Source of the DNA: Octopus vulgaris
Lineage: Eukaryota
NCBI GenBank assembly: GCA_951406725.2
Contig: OX597820.1
Coordinates: 46,438,001 to 46,502,000 of the forward strand
DNA: 64,000 nucleotides
Reading direction: 5' to 3'
In this document: one piece after another, positions 28,069 through 42,968 of the stretch
Layout: every line of letters begins with the position of its first letter
How positions within the stretch are numbered: position 1 is the stretch's first letter
Program-made: the position numbers and the translations under genes
The notes under the pieces: model-generated
The model's database searches: none
What the model saw: the letters and a program-made list of their open reading frames with translations, nothing else
Told to the model about the DNA's origin: nothing

Positions 28069-28590
28069 CGAGGGTGAGTCAAAAAGTAATGCCATTTTGT
28101 TTAGGACAGGTATAATTTCCAACACAGGAACTTCAAAATGAGGCTGGTCCTCTGTGAATCACATCACTGTTTCTCAACATAGTCACCGTTTCTCTCAATA
28201 GCGATGTTCCACCTTCGAATGAGAGCATGTATCCCTGCCCCGTAAAATTCTGTTCTTCGAGCCACTTCTTCACTGCAGTTTTCATTTCCTCGTCACTGGA
28301 CTATCATCGTCACTGGACTATTATCTCTTCGGCCCCATGAAAGAGGGCTTGAAAAGCAAACATTATTCCATTGACGAGGAAGTGAAAACTGTAGTGAAGA
28401 AGTTGCTCAAAGAACAGTCAACAGAATTTTACGGGGCAGGGATACATGCTCTCATTCGAAGGTGGAACATTGCTATTGAGAAAAATGATGACTATCTTGA
28501 GAAGTAGGGATGGGATGTATGATACATGTTCCTGTGTTGGTAATTATACCTGTCCTAAACAAAATGGCATTACTTTTTGACTCACCTTCG
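28069..28590. mobile_element. Non-autonomous mariner derivative built from two inverted 3' ends
   Basis: ~60-bp TIRs CGAGGGTGAGTCAAAAAGTAATGCC... with TA flanks. Right half encodes DYYLFGPMKEGL...GIHALIRRWNIAIEKNDDYLEK*; left half is its reverse complement. Confidence 0.88.
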
Positions 28591-28995
28591 TACAATATCC
28601 GTCTGCTTTATCATAGGTCTTCAGATCGAATCTGCTGCAGGCAATTCATCACATATTGGTGCAATATACTTATTTCTATATGCTACTGCGGTTGATCGAT
28701 GTATTGACATATACTAGAGCATCTGGCAATGTTACGAAAGATAGAAAACTGGCGATCTAATTTGGAGAGAATGTGAATGGTTTATTTCTCTTTCTCTTAA
28801 TACTATACAGCCATGTGACCTGATGTATTTTGGGTGCTAACTTGACGTTTTACAGAGTTTCCTTGATCTGCAAGAAATAGCAGTCACATCTTCCTCAAAC
28901 CAAAACTTAATGACTTTCAGACATGCTCTACACTCATAAATCTCCTTATACCTGTGGTGTATGTTTTTATCAAATTTCTTATTTAATGTTATACA

Positions 28996-29556
28996 CATCA
29001 TCATCATCATCATTGTTCGACCGTGGTCGAGACAATGGAATTTACCATGCTACGCCAGACTTCACGGTTCATCATGGAATTACGGAGGTCCTGTTGCTGG
29101 ATGCCTGTATCCCTGGAGATTACATCAGGGTAGGAGAGTGTGCGCCCTCTGGTATTGCGAGTAGATGGCTTCCAGAGGAGAAGAGTAGAAATTGCCTCGT
29201 TTTCAGCTTTACAACAATGTCCAGCAAACTGGACTCTCCTACCTTTCACAAGAGATGACATAGGTTGTAGTTTCCCATACATTTGCATTTTGGTTGGATG
29301 ACGCTTCCACGAGAGATTTTGAGCTCTCATAGGGAGGCGAGTGTAGGTTCCATCCAACCGCCTCTCAAGCTTCTTTGATAACGTCCAGGTTTCTGAGTCA
29401 TATAGTAGAATTGGTTCGACTGTGGCTTTGAAGATTTCAAGTTTGAAGTCTCTACTTAGATTTGATGACCAGATCTTACGCATGTCATTACAGGCTGACC
29501 AGGCCATACCCTTTCTAGTTAGAAAATCTTTTCCAGATGATGATATGTGACCCAAG
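28996..29556 (-). mobile_element. 5'-truncated RTE-clade LINE
   Basis: RKGMAWSACNDMRKIWSSNLSRDFKLEIFKATVEPILLYDSETWTL...RRVQFAGHC is a typical RTE/RTE-X C-terminus; (GAT)n tail directly after the stop. Confidence 0.85.
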
Positions 29557-29729
29557 ATATTTGTTACACACACATACACAAACACACACACGCACACACA
29601 TACACACTCACAAGTTTGTTTTATTTTCTTATTAATATCGAAAGTTTGTGATAAACCCATAAAACTACACCCGTCCCCTTAAAGTTCTTGACCACACTGA
29701 AGTTTTTAACATCATCCTAAATCCTGAAG

Positions 29730-30350
29730 TTCATACATATGACTTTATTTTTCAAAATTCATTTATTTGGTTTTATTTTATATTTTTAGTTCGTTTATTT
29801 TTAGTTCTAGTTTTAAAAGACATTTTTTAAATTTCTTTTTAAATTCATTACATTTTTTTATTTTTTAAATTCATTTCTTTTGAAAATTTTTCATTTTTAT
29901 TTTCACTTATTTTTATTTCATTTTGAAATTCACTTTTTTTTTTCAAAATTCATTTATGTTTTATTATCATTTAAAGTTATTTTTATGTTTTTAATTTTTT
30001 AGTTTTATCTTTATTTTGATTTTATTTTTTAAATTCAATTTTATTTTCATTTATTTTATTTTATTTTGATTTTTAAAATACACACATATATATTTTTTAA
30101 TTTTTTATTTCATCTATTTGGTTTTACTTTTTTAATTAGATTCATTTAAGTACTTTTAATTTTTTTATAAAATCTGTTTATTTTAATTTTTTCGGCTAGC
30201 GTATTTATTTTCGTTTTATTTCTTAGTTTATTTATTTTTAATATGTACAATTTCTTTAAACATTTAATTGTTTTTATTTTAGTTTTTAAATGTATTTAAT
30301 TATTCTATATATTTATTTGCCTTTTATTTTGGTTTTGTTGAAATTTTTAC
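29730..30350. repeat. T-rich low-complexity tract upstream of terminal exon A
   Basis: About 600 bp almost entirely T/A with recurring ttttaaattcattt. Confidence 0.7.
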
Positions 30351-30481
30351 TTCATAGTGTCCTTAAGTTGCTAACATTTGCGTTAAATTCCTCCAATTTC
30401 CTCCTCTAATTTTGTTCTTTGTTATTGTTGGTTCCACAAATTGCATGTGTCCAAATGTAAATGCGTTTTATCTTTTTGCAG

Positions 30482-30510
30482 AATTCAAAACTCTGATGAC
30501 ATCAGAATGA
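30482..30510 (+). CDS. TnC: Troponin C terminal exon A (EFKTLMTSE*)
   Basis: ttttatctttttgcag acceptor. The phase-1 join G|AA restores Glu12 of EF-hand IV, followed by F-x-x-L-M helix H and TGA. Confidence 0.85.
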
Positions 30511-31244
30511 AGCAACCTGTTCATCACCTGTCCACCCGTCCACCCGTCCACCCGTGTCTAAATTGAATTCCATGTATCTCGAAAGGACACTCAAAGACGT
30601 TATTTTTCTTCTCCAGTTACTTTTAGTTCCTCTATTCTTTCTACGTCTACTTACACTTACTCTCTCAGTTTTTTTTTTATCTCTTTCACTTACGGCCTAC
30701 TGACTATCACACATCTTTCTCTGAAGATGACACACAGCCCTTGGCACGTCGATATATTGCTAATAATGCTAGTTATAACCTTCGTATATATCTTTCTCTA
30801 ATCGATCGCACACTTACCTATACCCAATCCGTCCCCTACCCATTCCTGCCAATAGCAAACACAACATCCAGTTAATTTTACTTCTTAATTAATTTGTCTA
30901 CTTATTATTTATGCCAAACCTTTAATTTTTGACATGCTTCATTCAACTATGACTAATACCACAACTACTACTACTACACCACTCTACAACTATTATCAAC
31001 AACACCATTATTGCACATCTCCATTACCATCACTACTATTATTAAACAAGGAGATAAAAAGAACATTCAGCCACCATCACTGCTGTCTAGGATTTTTTTT
31101 AACAATCTGTCCGCTGTATTTCTTTTCCTTCAGTATGTGTACTTAAGAAACAGTAAAGTTTTACTGCTGGAATGGGGAGGAAGAGTTTATTGTCTAAGCT
31201 TCGTGACAATTGCTGACACATAATAACAATAAAAAAAGTTCTCT

Positions 31245-31852
31245 GCATACTGAGTTCAAATGCAGCTGACGCCTGATTTACTTTCATCCTTAGGGGTTCA
31301 ATAAAATAAGCACCAGTAATATGCTGTGGTACATATTAAATGAATTTACTCTACCCTTCTCGCTCATTTGTCCATCCTCTCAATTATGTTGTTTGGCAGA
31401 CTTGTTAATGTTGCACAAAATATCTTGCTGCATGTCTTCCAACTCTTTACATTCTGAGTTCAAATCCTGCTGAGGTCACCTTTGCTATTCACCCTTTTGG
31501 GGTTATAAAAATGAAGTGCCAGTGAAATACTGAGGTCGATGAAGACGACTGCACCCCACCTCCAACTCCTCCAAACTTTTTCCTCTAAAACGAGAAACAA
31601 TTATCATTATTGCTATTATTATTGGTGGTATTAAGGCGGTGAGCAGACAAAATCATTAGCACACCGGGCAAGATATTTAGCGGTATTTTGTCCGTCTTTA
31701 CATTCTGAGTTCAAATTCCGCTGATACCGATTTTGCTTTTTTTCCTTTCGGGGTCAATGAAATAAGTACCAGTTGATCAATGGGGTCGATGTTGTCGACT
31801 AGTCCCCTACGCCAAAATTTCAGGCCTTGTGTCTATAGCAGAAAGGATCATT
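31245..31852 (+). mobile_element. Cluster of three SINE family A copies/fragments
   Basis: ctgagttcaaat...tttcatcctt core occurs at ~31250, ~31455 and ~31705. Confidence 0.75.
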
Positions 31853-32224
31853 ATCGATGGTATTGCTTGTTATGCTGTTATTGACGGTGGTGATGGTGGG
31901 GGAGGGGTGATGCTACTGATAGTAGTAGTGGTGGTCATGGTAGAAGTGGTGGTGGCTGCTAAGTTTTTTATGTGGTGGATGTATATTTGCTATGTTTATA
32001 ATTATTGTTTTCGTTATAATTAATATTGTTGCTATCGTTGTTATTGTAAATGTTATTGAAGAACAGCAAGTCGGCTGATGCAGCAGAGCATCAGACTAAA
32101 TGCTTTCGTCAACAAATCTGAGTTCAAATCCCACCAGGGTAGACTTTGCTTTCTCATCCTTCCAGGATCGAAATTTTAAGTACAATTCATATCTTGGTGG
32201 GAATGACACTCTAACTAAAACTAA

Positions 32225-32281
<57 letters not shown>

Positions 32282-33141
32282 CCTCTATCTATCTATCTAT
32301 CTCTTTGTGCTAAATTTTCAGTTATTGTGCCAATGTTATATTATTGTATTATTGTTGTTGATGTTATTGTTCTTACTAGGGTAACAGAGAATGGAAAGGA
32401 AGAAGTCAGAACTATTTTAACGATACTAACGAGTTCTATAATACACTAACATTAAATCAAATTCACAACTAATTTAGCAACAGGGAAAAGGTGTACAAGT
32501 AACATTCGGGGTTGTTACCATTACAGCAGAACACGTGACTATTACACCACTTCCTCATCTTTGTTACTTAGTCAAGAGAAATAACCTTCATTATCATCAC
32601 CATCAGCATCATCATCTTCATCAACAGCCGCATCTCTATCATCAATGTTTTCGATTATTCTCTTTACTTATCTCACATGTGCCAAAGATTAAGCACATCT
32701 GAACATTAGCACAGAAGCATGCGCGCGCAGCATACACATAATAATAAAAATAATAATCATTACTGTTGTTGTTGTCACTATTATTAGAATTAGAATTATT
32801 ATTTTTGGGGTTTATTTCATGATTAATATTTAGCATATTTACATTTCTTCATTGCAGTTGTTTCGTCGTCGTTGTTGTTGTTGTTCTTAGTAATGTTCAC
32901 GTTATTTTGTATGCAACAAACTATGGCATAATGTCTTTATTTCTCATTATTTATCTTTGTTTAACTCTCTCAATCTATCCATCTAGATGTCGCTTTCAGT
33001 CAATGTACATAAATACAAATATTACATATCTGTGTGTGTGCATATGCATGTTTGTATATGTATGTGTGTGTGATGTGCATGCGTACGTGCATCAGTATAT
33101 ATGTATATGTCTATATAAAACTTATATAATAATAAATAATG

Positions 33142-33206
<65 letters not shown>

Positions 33207-33282
33207 AATAATGATGATATAGATAAACATATTGTATACATATAAATATGCTTATATATACATGTATACATATAAATATGCC

Positions 33283-33345
<63 letters not shown>

Positions 33346-33349
<4 letters not shown>

Positions 33350-33908
33350 CAAGAGTTACGGAACAAAGTAGATAAGATCTGGGCTACATATGTTTCGTAG
33401 CGAGTGGAACCTCAGAAATGGTAAATATTCAAGCGAGGCGTATACCGCAGGCTTGTCTTCAAACTGAGGATATCTTGATTAAATGAAATGTTACATTGTT
33501 GCAAGCCTGGAAAGTTCACTCTGAACTTTCCAGGCGTCAACGTATACCTTCTTGCGACAATGTAACATTTCATTTAATCAAGATATCCCCGGCTTGATGA
33601 CCAGCCTGCGGTATACACCTTGCTTGGATATTTACCACTTCTGATATTCCGCTCGCTATGAAACATATGATTGAAGGATCTTATCTACTCCACTTCTTAA
33701 CTCTCGTATTCCTATTCGCACACCCAGCAACCCTGGTCGCCTACCGTGAAATATAAAAAGTACATTTTTCAGCTTATCGTACTTCGATACGAAAAACTTC
33801 CACAATCTTCCGTCTCAATAAACCACTATTGTCCCTGGAAGTTTTTCTTTTAATAATTACTACAGACTGCTTGAAACTAACTTTATTCCTCCACTTCGAT
33901 CCCTGGAT

Positions 33909-33915
<7 letters not shown>
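33346..33915. repeat. (TA)n-embedded ~370-bp diverged palindrome plus tail; both arms carry a degenerate hammerhead-like motif
   Basis: Arms ~33346-33505 and ~33550-33712. Minus strand 33382-33466 reads UUGAAGA...GAAACAUAUGUA; plus strand 33591-33670 reads UUGAUGA...GAAACAUAUG. Confidence 0.75.
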
Positions 33916-33971
<56 letters not shown>

Positions 33972-34091
33972 CCTCCATGTGATCGGCTTCAAAAATTGTT
34001 AAGACACTAGGATATTTTTCTATGTTCCTTAACATGAAACCAATGGTAGCCTTGATTCATAAATAAATAAATACATACATATATATATACA

Positions 34092-34157
<66 letters not shown>

Positions 34158-34718
34158 ATATTTTATGAAAAAACATTATTTGAATCTTTTGTATTTTTAA
34201 GTTGCTCCTTTTTTCTGTTTTTCTACACATTGTCCACTGTTCATCTCCAACTACTATTACTACTACTATCAGCATTGTAATTATTAATGTCTTTCTTCTT
34301 ATTGTTCCTGTTGCTAATATTTTGTTTCTTGTTATTTCAATACATAGCCTTGACAAGAAATGAATGCATGCCTCTATTCACATAAATTACTCTGTTTGCC
34401 ATTGACAATATACAAAATACAAAATTGCGAAAAATAACTGTATAGCGAGATTCAAGATTCATCTAATGTATTTATACTATGGAGACGAGGTTACCAGGCA
34501 AGTGATTTGATGTGATACTATCTCTTAGAACTAAAGCAGATGCATTGTGGGAGACACGTGCTAGCTATTTATTTGTAATAAAGAAAGCTTCTAACAAAGC
34601 AGAACATTTTACAAAAACGACTTTATATTTCGAACGCAAAGGCCTTATATACATATGTTACCACCTCAAAATATTAGAATATGTTTCAACACGATTTCAC
34701 ATCAAGTATCTTAAAACG

Positions 34719-34796
<78 letters not shown>

Positions 34797-36194
34797 CATG
34801 CATATCCAAATACATATATGGATATTTGCTTGTATACATACATATATTTGTATATTTTTATATGCTTGTATGTATATATATCTATGTGTCTATGAGTGAG
34901 TGGACGGGGGCACATGCAGATGTAGTTACAACTCTGTATACAGAAGGACAAACTACTAATCGTCCGTAAAGTGTCCGGTTTTGCGGATGATAGTGAAAGC
35001 GAATGCCAGAACAAATAATAAAAGTATGATATTAATCTCCATATATTAATAATACTTTTGTTTTAAGCTTGACTTTATCTTTTGTTTCTATTTTCTTGCT
35101 CTAAATAATTGTTTCCTTATTTGTTATCGTAGCTATTGTCATTGTTTAATGTATGCAAATCTTTTTTGCTTCACCTTCCTTGAATGTTATTCAAACTTTC
35201 ATATATGTCTGTATTTGTGTATGCCTCAATATATTAATTAATCTATGTGTTTATCTACTTAAATCAATATACATAAATCTATGCATATAGGTAGGTGTAT
35301 ATATGTATATATATACATATACATATATACACACACACACATATATATATATATATATGCGTACATATATGTATACAGAGACAGATATCGATTCAGTTCC
35401 ACCTACTCGTAAAAATAAAAAATGAAAGGTGACTATTTGAATACACCCAAAAATGTAAACACATGGACATGCTTTTTTTGAAATGAATTGGTGAATATGT
35501 CCTGCAAAATGTAACTAACATATTTAGGATGTAGTTTATTGGATATGCCTAAACCATATACCCAAGCATTCATAGACAAAAAGAAAACATTCACACACGC
35601 ACGCACACGCATACGCATACACATGTTCAACACATATTGAAACATATGCTATGTATTAAAGTACAACTAACACAGGCATTGGAAACTTTATCTTACTTGC
35701 CTTGACTATTTTACTAACTTTAGTAACTATACATTAGCACAGTCAAATTAACAATAGACTGTAGTAGCTGTGATGGTTATCCAATGACAAATCCTCGCAC
35801 CCACATCCACGCGCACTACATAAAAACGTATATTGCATATACATAAACTAGAAAGTAATATTTTCTGATGCAACATTATATATATACATATGTATATGTG
35901 CATATATATATATGTATACATATATATATTATATATTCATATATATATATATATATATACATATATACACACATATATATATACACACATATACATACCC
36001 AAAGTATATAATCTACATATCAACATACAAAAAATGTATATATATACAATATATATATATATGTATACATATATATATATATATATATTATACATATCCA
36101 TAATATATTATCTACATATCAACATACAAAAATCTTATATACTATTCAATATTTTTTTTCTTTCACTCATTAAATTTTTCTCTCATTTTTCCAG

Positions 36195-36220
36195 AATTTT
36201 CTAAACTGATGATGGAGTGA
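36195..36220 (+). CDS. TnC: Troponin C alternative terminal exon B (EFSKLMME*)
   Basis: Long polypyrimidine tract ending tctcatttttccag. Same phase and same E-F-x-x-L-M pattern as exon A, then TGA. AATAAA about 160 and 210 nt downstream. Confidence 0.8.
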
Positions 36221-37422
36221 GTTCTTGGGCTTAGATAACAACGATGATGTTCCCCTGTGCAGAAGGGAAGAAGTGCTTAACCCCCACCCCATTCCCTGGT
36301 ATAAAGAAAAGGTCTCTACATAACCTGTTGCTCTCAATTTATGAACACTGCCACAGCTAAAACAAAAAAATCACTGAAAAATAAATAATGAAATAAGTTT
36401 TCAAGAAAATTAAATATATCAATATTCAATAAAAGCAAAATAAACTCAGATTTAACAAATACAACACATACGGAGACACATATATATGCATACATATATA
36501 CATATATATATATTTCTATATATATATATGTATATACGTATATATGTGTGTGTATATAAGTGCCTTACATAGATAGACACACAGTCACACATGCTTCTAT
36601 ATCAATAAATATACTTTTATACATGTATACAAATACACATATGCACAGATAAATATATAAATACATGTAAATATATAAAAGAAACACAAAAGTTTTCCCC
36701 AAAATCTCTTCAATAATAAGTGCAAATACGTATATGTGTGCGCATATATATATTTCTTAGGAATTTTTTTTTCTGCTAGCAGCTTCGTATGCTAACAACT
36801 TTTCTGGTTTTGGGTGGGGGTATATATTTCAATGTTTGGTGTATATTTCTTTTCAAATACCCTAGCAAAGATGTACACTCACACACACACACACACACTC
36901 ACTCACTCACTCACACACACATACTCACAAACACGCGTATAATATGTTACAATACATCATTAATGCTAAATACGTGATATCTAAACAAAATACGATGCCG
37001 GACGCAATCCATACCAATTTTCCCAGTTGACTTCTTCCTTCCATTAAATTCTTCAGCCTTCCTCATTCCAATCTATTTATTTATTTAATCATTTTCAATA
37101 CACACGCGAACACACTCACACACACACACACACACATAATCTTCTGAAAATCTATGTCAAAAATATATACCTTGATATATCAATAAAGTACACGGTATTG
37201 TGTATTGCAGCTGATCTTACCACTCATTTTTCACGGGGCGTTACTCTCTAAAATGCTTGATTACCTCGTCAAGATTTTTCCCATATCTGCTAGCTCTGAC
37301 GAGCATGTGGTATTATTTAATCATGCTGTTGTCTAAAATTAAGATTTTAATACTCGGTGTGAAACTGATTAGTAAGATTGGGTCAATGGTTATACAATAC
37401 AGTATACTTTGATTTATATATA

Positions 37423-37471
<49 letters not shown>

Positions 37472-37916
37472 CAGTATATACATATGTGTGTGTAGAGAGA
37501 GAGAGGGGGAGAGAAAGAGAGAGAGAGAATGGGGGACAGTGAGGGAGAGGATGATATGTACAATAGTTCCTTATTTTATTTCCTATTCTCTTTTCTTTGG
37601 TTTTGTTTTTTACTTCCCCGCTTGCTTCTTCCCATTTACCTTTATATGTGGATGTCATTTTGCAAGCAAAAAGATAAACAAAGGGAAATGACAGAACATT
37701 GACATGTTTCGACCCTACTGAGCCACATTGTCCAGACGATGCAACTGGACTTGCACATAGGGCTGTGGCATTGAGGCATTTAGCACACTTGTTGCACACA
37801 TGCATGCATTGCTGTCAGCTTGCATATTTGCAAACTCTCTTTCGGTCTCACTCACTCTCTCGCTTTCGCCTTTCTCCCTCATCTACACATGTACACACGC
37901 TCATATATATGTATGC

Positions 37917-38118
<202 letters not shown>

Positions 38119-38137
38119 TGTGTGTGTTTCTCTCTGT

Positions 38138-38169
<32 letters not shown>

Positions 38170-38833
38170 ACATATAGGTATATGTATCAACGCATGAGAA
38201 TTGATACACACTGCATACATATGCACACAATTATTCTCTCTCACATAGATGCACTGGTGATATTCATTCAGAAAATCGATTGATGTTCACCCAGGAGATA
38301 TCAAGTTGGGGGAACCGACACTTGCTTATATTTCAGATTGTTACATCCACCTCCGCCACCACTACAACCACAACGAACTTTAACACCCGCCACCACTACC
38401 AATAACACCTTGAATATTTACATTAGTTCCACTACTAAGACTAACACAGACAACAACCATTACTAACACCACCTCCTCTACTAACACCACCACTCCTCTA
38501 CTAATACTACTACTGCTAACATTAACACTACCACCACCACCATCACCACCTCTCTTTAAGCTTTTTTTATAATTTTATTCTTGCCGTCTATTTTATTTTA
38601 TTTTCTATACTTTTTTATTTGGTCTTGTAAATAATTTTTCTTTAGTTTTATTTATTTATTTGCATTATTCTTTTTCATTTTTTCCCTTCTATCTTTTTGC
38701 CTTTATTTCTCCATATATTTTATTTTGGTTTTCTTTAAGTTTGATAATTTTTCTCTTATTTCTATTTTTTATATCCTCAAACACACACACACACACACAA
38801 ACATACACATACATGCATACATACATACATGCA

Positions 38834-38929
<96 letters not shown>

Positions 38930-39194
38930 TGCTCTATTATTATTGCTATTTCTCTTAGCACACATTCTTTTTCTTTGGCCCAGCTCATAGATATATGTGC
39001 ACAGAAATTTATATATACTCATGCAATCACATATTCTCTCTCTCTCCCTTTCTTTCTCTCTTTCTCCCCCGCCCCTCTCTCTCTCTGTATTTCTGTATTT
39101 TTCTGTTTTTATGTCAGCCAAAACCTGTTTAAAATTCCATAATGACCCCCTTCTCCACTCCTGTTGTGCTTTCCACACTATGATAATTGTTACA

Positions 39195-39231
<37 letters not shown>

Positions 39232-40028
39232 TCACACACACTCGCACACAGACATATATATGTAGCACACACACATATATAATATATATACCAGAAGCAT
39301 ATATTTAAGTATACTTGATTTTATTTTGTTTTATTTGTTTTATTTATTTTATTTATTTATTTATTGTTAAACATACATATACAAGGGAAGTAGGCAAACA
39401 ACAAGGACAGAACTTTTAGCCACAGCTGTAATCTAATTCTCGTGTCCACATTGTCAGAGTTGTTTTAATTTTAAAAAATAAGCTTCTCTAGCCATCCTAG
39501 AGGACTCTCAAGAAAAAAACCAATAGAATGAAATTCTCAACCAAGATATGTTATTGATGATAACTCGCATAAATACACTTGTATATAAAAACATTACGAT
39601 GGTGAAGAACATATATGAACTTAAACATACACACACACATACACATAAATGCATACACAGGCATACACATACTGACATACCTACATATACACAGACATAC
39701 ATAAGAATGTGCGTGTGCGTGCGTGTATGTGTACATGTGTCCATGTGAGCGTGTGTTTGTGTGTAACATCTTCACAAATGTGTGTTACATGTAATAGAAT
39801 ATTCTTGGATTTGCCACATCAGCCAACTGCGAAACCATCAGACTTGTCCCGCAAGCCAATCCGGAGTCTGGGTCACCTCTGACAGCAAAGGACAAACAAG
39901 GATTTATAATATATACAATGTTATGTCTATATTATGTGTGTATACATACATGCATATATATATATATGTGTATGTGTTTGTGTGTGTGCATGTATATATA
40001 TTTATATATTATATACTTATATAACATA

Positions 40029-40075
<47 letters not shown>

Positions 40076-40530
40076 ATGTGTGTGTATGTATGTGTATATA
40101 TATATGTGCATGTGTATATATATGTGTGTGTATACATCTGCACATACACATTTGAATAAACATACACACTCACACGCATACAGATACACACATACGCACA
40201 CATACATGCACAAACATGCACACATACAAAACAAGCTTGTAACATTGACATGTGTACACTGACAATATCTATATATTTCTACTAATATTTCCACGTCAAA
40301 GTTTGATAAATTTTTTATACAATTGTCAAAACTGGCACATGTTTTATGATTTGTGTATTTATTTATAAATTTCGGCAATAAAAAGAAAATATATTGTCCC
40401 CTAAATTTGTTCTCAACCACCCATTTGTTTGTCTCATTCCTTTATATTTTATTGATCTCTTTCATTGGATTGTGTTCAACTGGATCATGATTTTCTTTCG
40501 GTAAGTACGAAGGAACCTGCACAACTGATA

Positions 40531-41815
40531 CAAGGGCCAGCTGAAAGGTTCATAGGCTGACCAAGATATTCTCATGGAATGTAACCAAATGAGATTCATT
40601 TTTCAGCAGTTTCCCTTCCAGTCCACACACTTCTTCTATCGGTTTTGCAATGTTTGGATTCCATTGAACAAGCTTTTATCCTATTTGTAAAAAAATGTCC
40701 TCAACATCATACGTGACATTATTATCACTGTGATACTGGTTCCAAGCCAAGTGGGGTTTTTTTTTTCATATTGAGGAAAAGATGATAGTCAGGTGGGGCC
40801 AAATCAGGAGAGTAAGAATAGTGATCAACAAATTCAAAGCTACAGTCACGCACAGTAACCACTGAAATGAAGGACCTGAGTGCTGGAGCATTGTCTTCAT
40901 GAAACAGGAACCCTTTCGTCAGATTTCCCAGGCGTTAGGTCTTCATAACCCTTCGTAACTACCTCAGCAAGTAGGCATAATATTCTCCATTTATGATGTG
41001 GTCATTTTGAAGATAGTCAATAAGCACAAAGCCTTTTGCATCCCGAAAAACTGAGACCATTACTTTCCCTGTGGATGAAACGACTTTGGGTTTCTTTGGA
41101 GTAGGTAAGGAGGAGTGTTTCTCATAGATTGTCTCTTTTTATCTCTTGCTCAAATTAATAAAGACAACACTCATCCGGGCTTAGGAAAATGTTCAAGGAA
41201 ACCAGCTGATCCTGTCCCAAACAATGCCAGATTTTCCCGCGATATGATCAACCTGGTCCACTTTTGATCAGATGTCAGAAGACATGATACCCACTGAACA
41301 GAAATCTTCGTCATGCCAAGTTCTTTGTGTAGAATATTCTCAAAATTCTTGCGGGAGATGCTAATAGCATTGGCTATTTGATTTATAGTCAATCGCTCGT
41401 CATCCATCACTATGGGATGAACACAATCGATGGTGGCAGTTGCTGGGCGTCCAGACCTAGGGTCATCTTCAAAACTCTCCCTTCCCATCCTAAATTCAGC
41501 TGCCCATTTTTACACTGTTGATGAAGCTGGAGAATCATCCCATAATGTAGCAACCATGTGAGCATGAATTTCATTGAGAGTTAAAACCATTTTCTGCATG
41601 TACTTGATAACGCCACGTCACCAAATTTTATCCATTTTCAAGAGAGGTCACTACTAGTTACATTTTATGCCTTGTTTGAGCTGTCAGATGTCAGTTTACC
41701 TGGGAAGAAACAATGTCATTATTAATAAGAAGAGTTGAAATTAATGCATGCAAGAATTCGCAACTCTAGAAACGCTTATTCATAGTCAGCCTATGAACTT
41801 TTCAGCTCACCCTTG
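40531..41815 (-). mobile_element. Full-length-sized (~1.3 kb) decayed mariner transposon
   Basis: TIRs CAAGGG..AGCTGAAA.GTTCATAGGCTGAC at both ends. Transposase fragment GRESFEDDPRSGRP...LGMTKISVQWVSCLLT; reading frame disrupted. Confidence 0.9.
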
Positions 41816-42775
41816 AATTTCTCTGTAAGAAATGAAGAATTCATCTGCACATTATACTCATGCATATGTGCGTGTGTGTGTATGCTTGGGTTCGTTTGTG
41901 TGTATTTGTGCGTATGTGTATGGTTGTATGTATGCGTGTGTTTATGTATTCGTATGTGTGTGTATATGTGAAAGTGTGAGTGTGCATGTGTGTGTGTATA
42001 CGTGGAAGTGTGAGTATGTATGTGTGAATTTTTGTATATCTATGTACGTGCTTATGAACGTGTGTTTATCTGTTTGTGCATATATGCATGTGTATGTGGA
42101 AGCGAGTATGTGTTTTCGCTTGTGTGTGTGTATATGTTTGCGTATGTGCCTATAAGTATGTATTTTTTGCGTGTGTGTTTTGTGTATGTGTGTGGAAGTG
42201 GTTTGCTAACTGTTGATAGCAAACCACTTTGCTTGCTAAATGAATAACAGATTGTACGGTACTTGCATATAAAGTGCGGAAGATATGCGAAAACTAGAAA
42301 GATATGAAGCGAACATGCTTTAGCGCATGTGTAACGGTAATGTGTACAAATGAGCTGAGAGAAAAACTGAATGTAAGGCGCATCCAGTACAATATACAAG
42401 AGAAGAAATTACATTCGTATGAATATATAATGCAGTGTGGCAGATGTTTATTGTATAAAGAATTGCCGAACGCTTTTAGTTGATGGCACCATGAGAAAAA
42501 AGGATAACTAAGAGACCTCTCTGGTGTTGATGCAACGATAAAATAGATCAAGCAATTTAAATTAGTTGGTGAGCGAAGCTTTTTTAGTCCTTCTGAGAAC
42601 GTGGCAAGTTTTCTAGTGTAACCAATACACCCAGTAAAGTCATTGAAACTAGGAAAGGCATTCAGCCATAGAAAACGTCAAATGGGACTGAGGAACACTT
42701 GCAGTGAAGAGGAGAGAAGCCCAAAAAGGGGATGCGAAACCTAGGTTTCCAAAACTGTGTTATATGAATACCATT

Positions 42776-42968
42776 TTTATCTTTCACTTGTTTCAGTCTG
42801 CGGCCATACTGGGGCACCACCTTGAAGAATTTTTAGTCGAATGAATCGACTCTAGTGCTCATGTTTTTTTTAAGCCTGGTACTTGTTTTATCGGTTTTGT
42901 GCCGAACTGCTAAGTTACGAGGACGTAAACACACCGGCACCGATTGTCAAGCGGTAGTGGGGCACAAA
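42776..42968 (-). mobile_element. SINE family C 3' module
   Basis: Reverse complement of the 61443-61660 sequence (ttgacaa.cggtgc.ggtgtgtttacgtcc.cgtaac.tagc.gttcggc). Confidence 0.7.
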
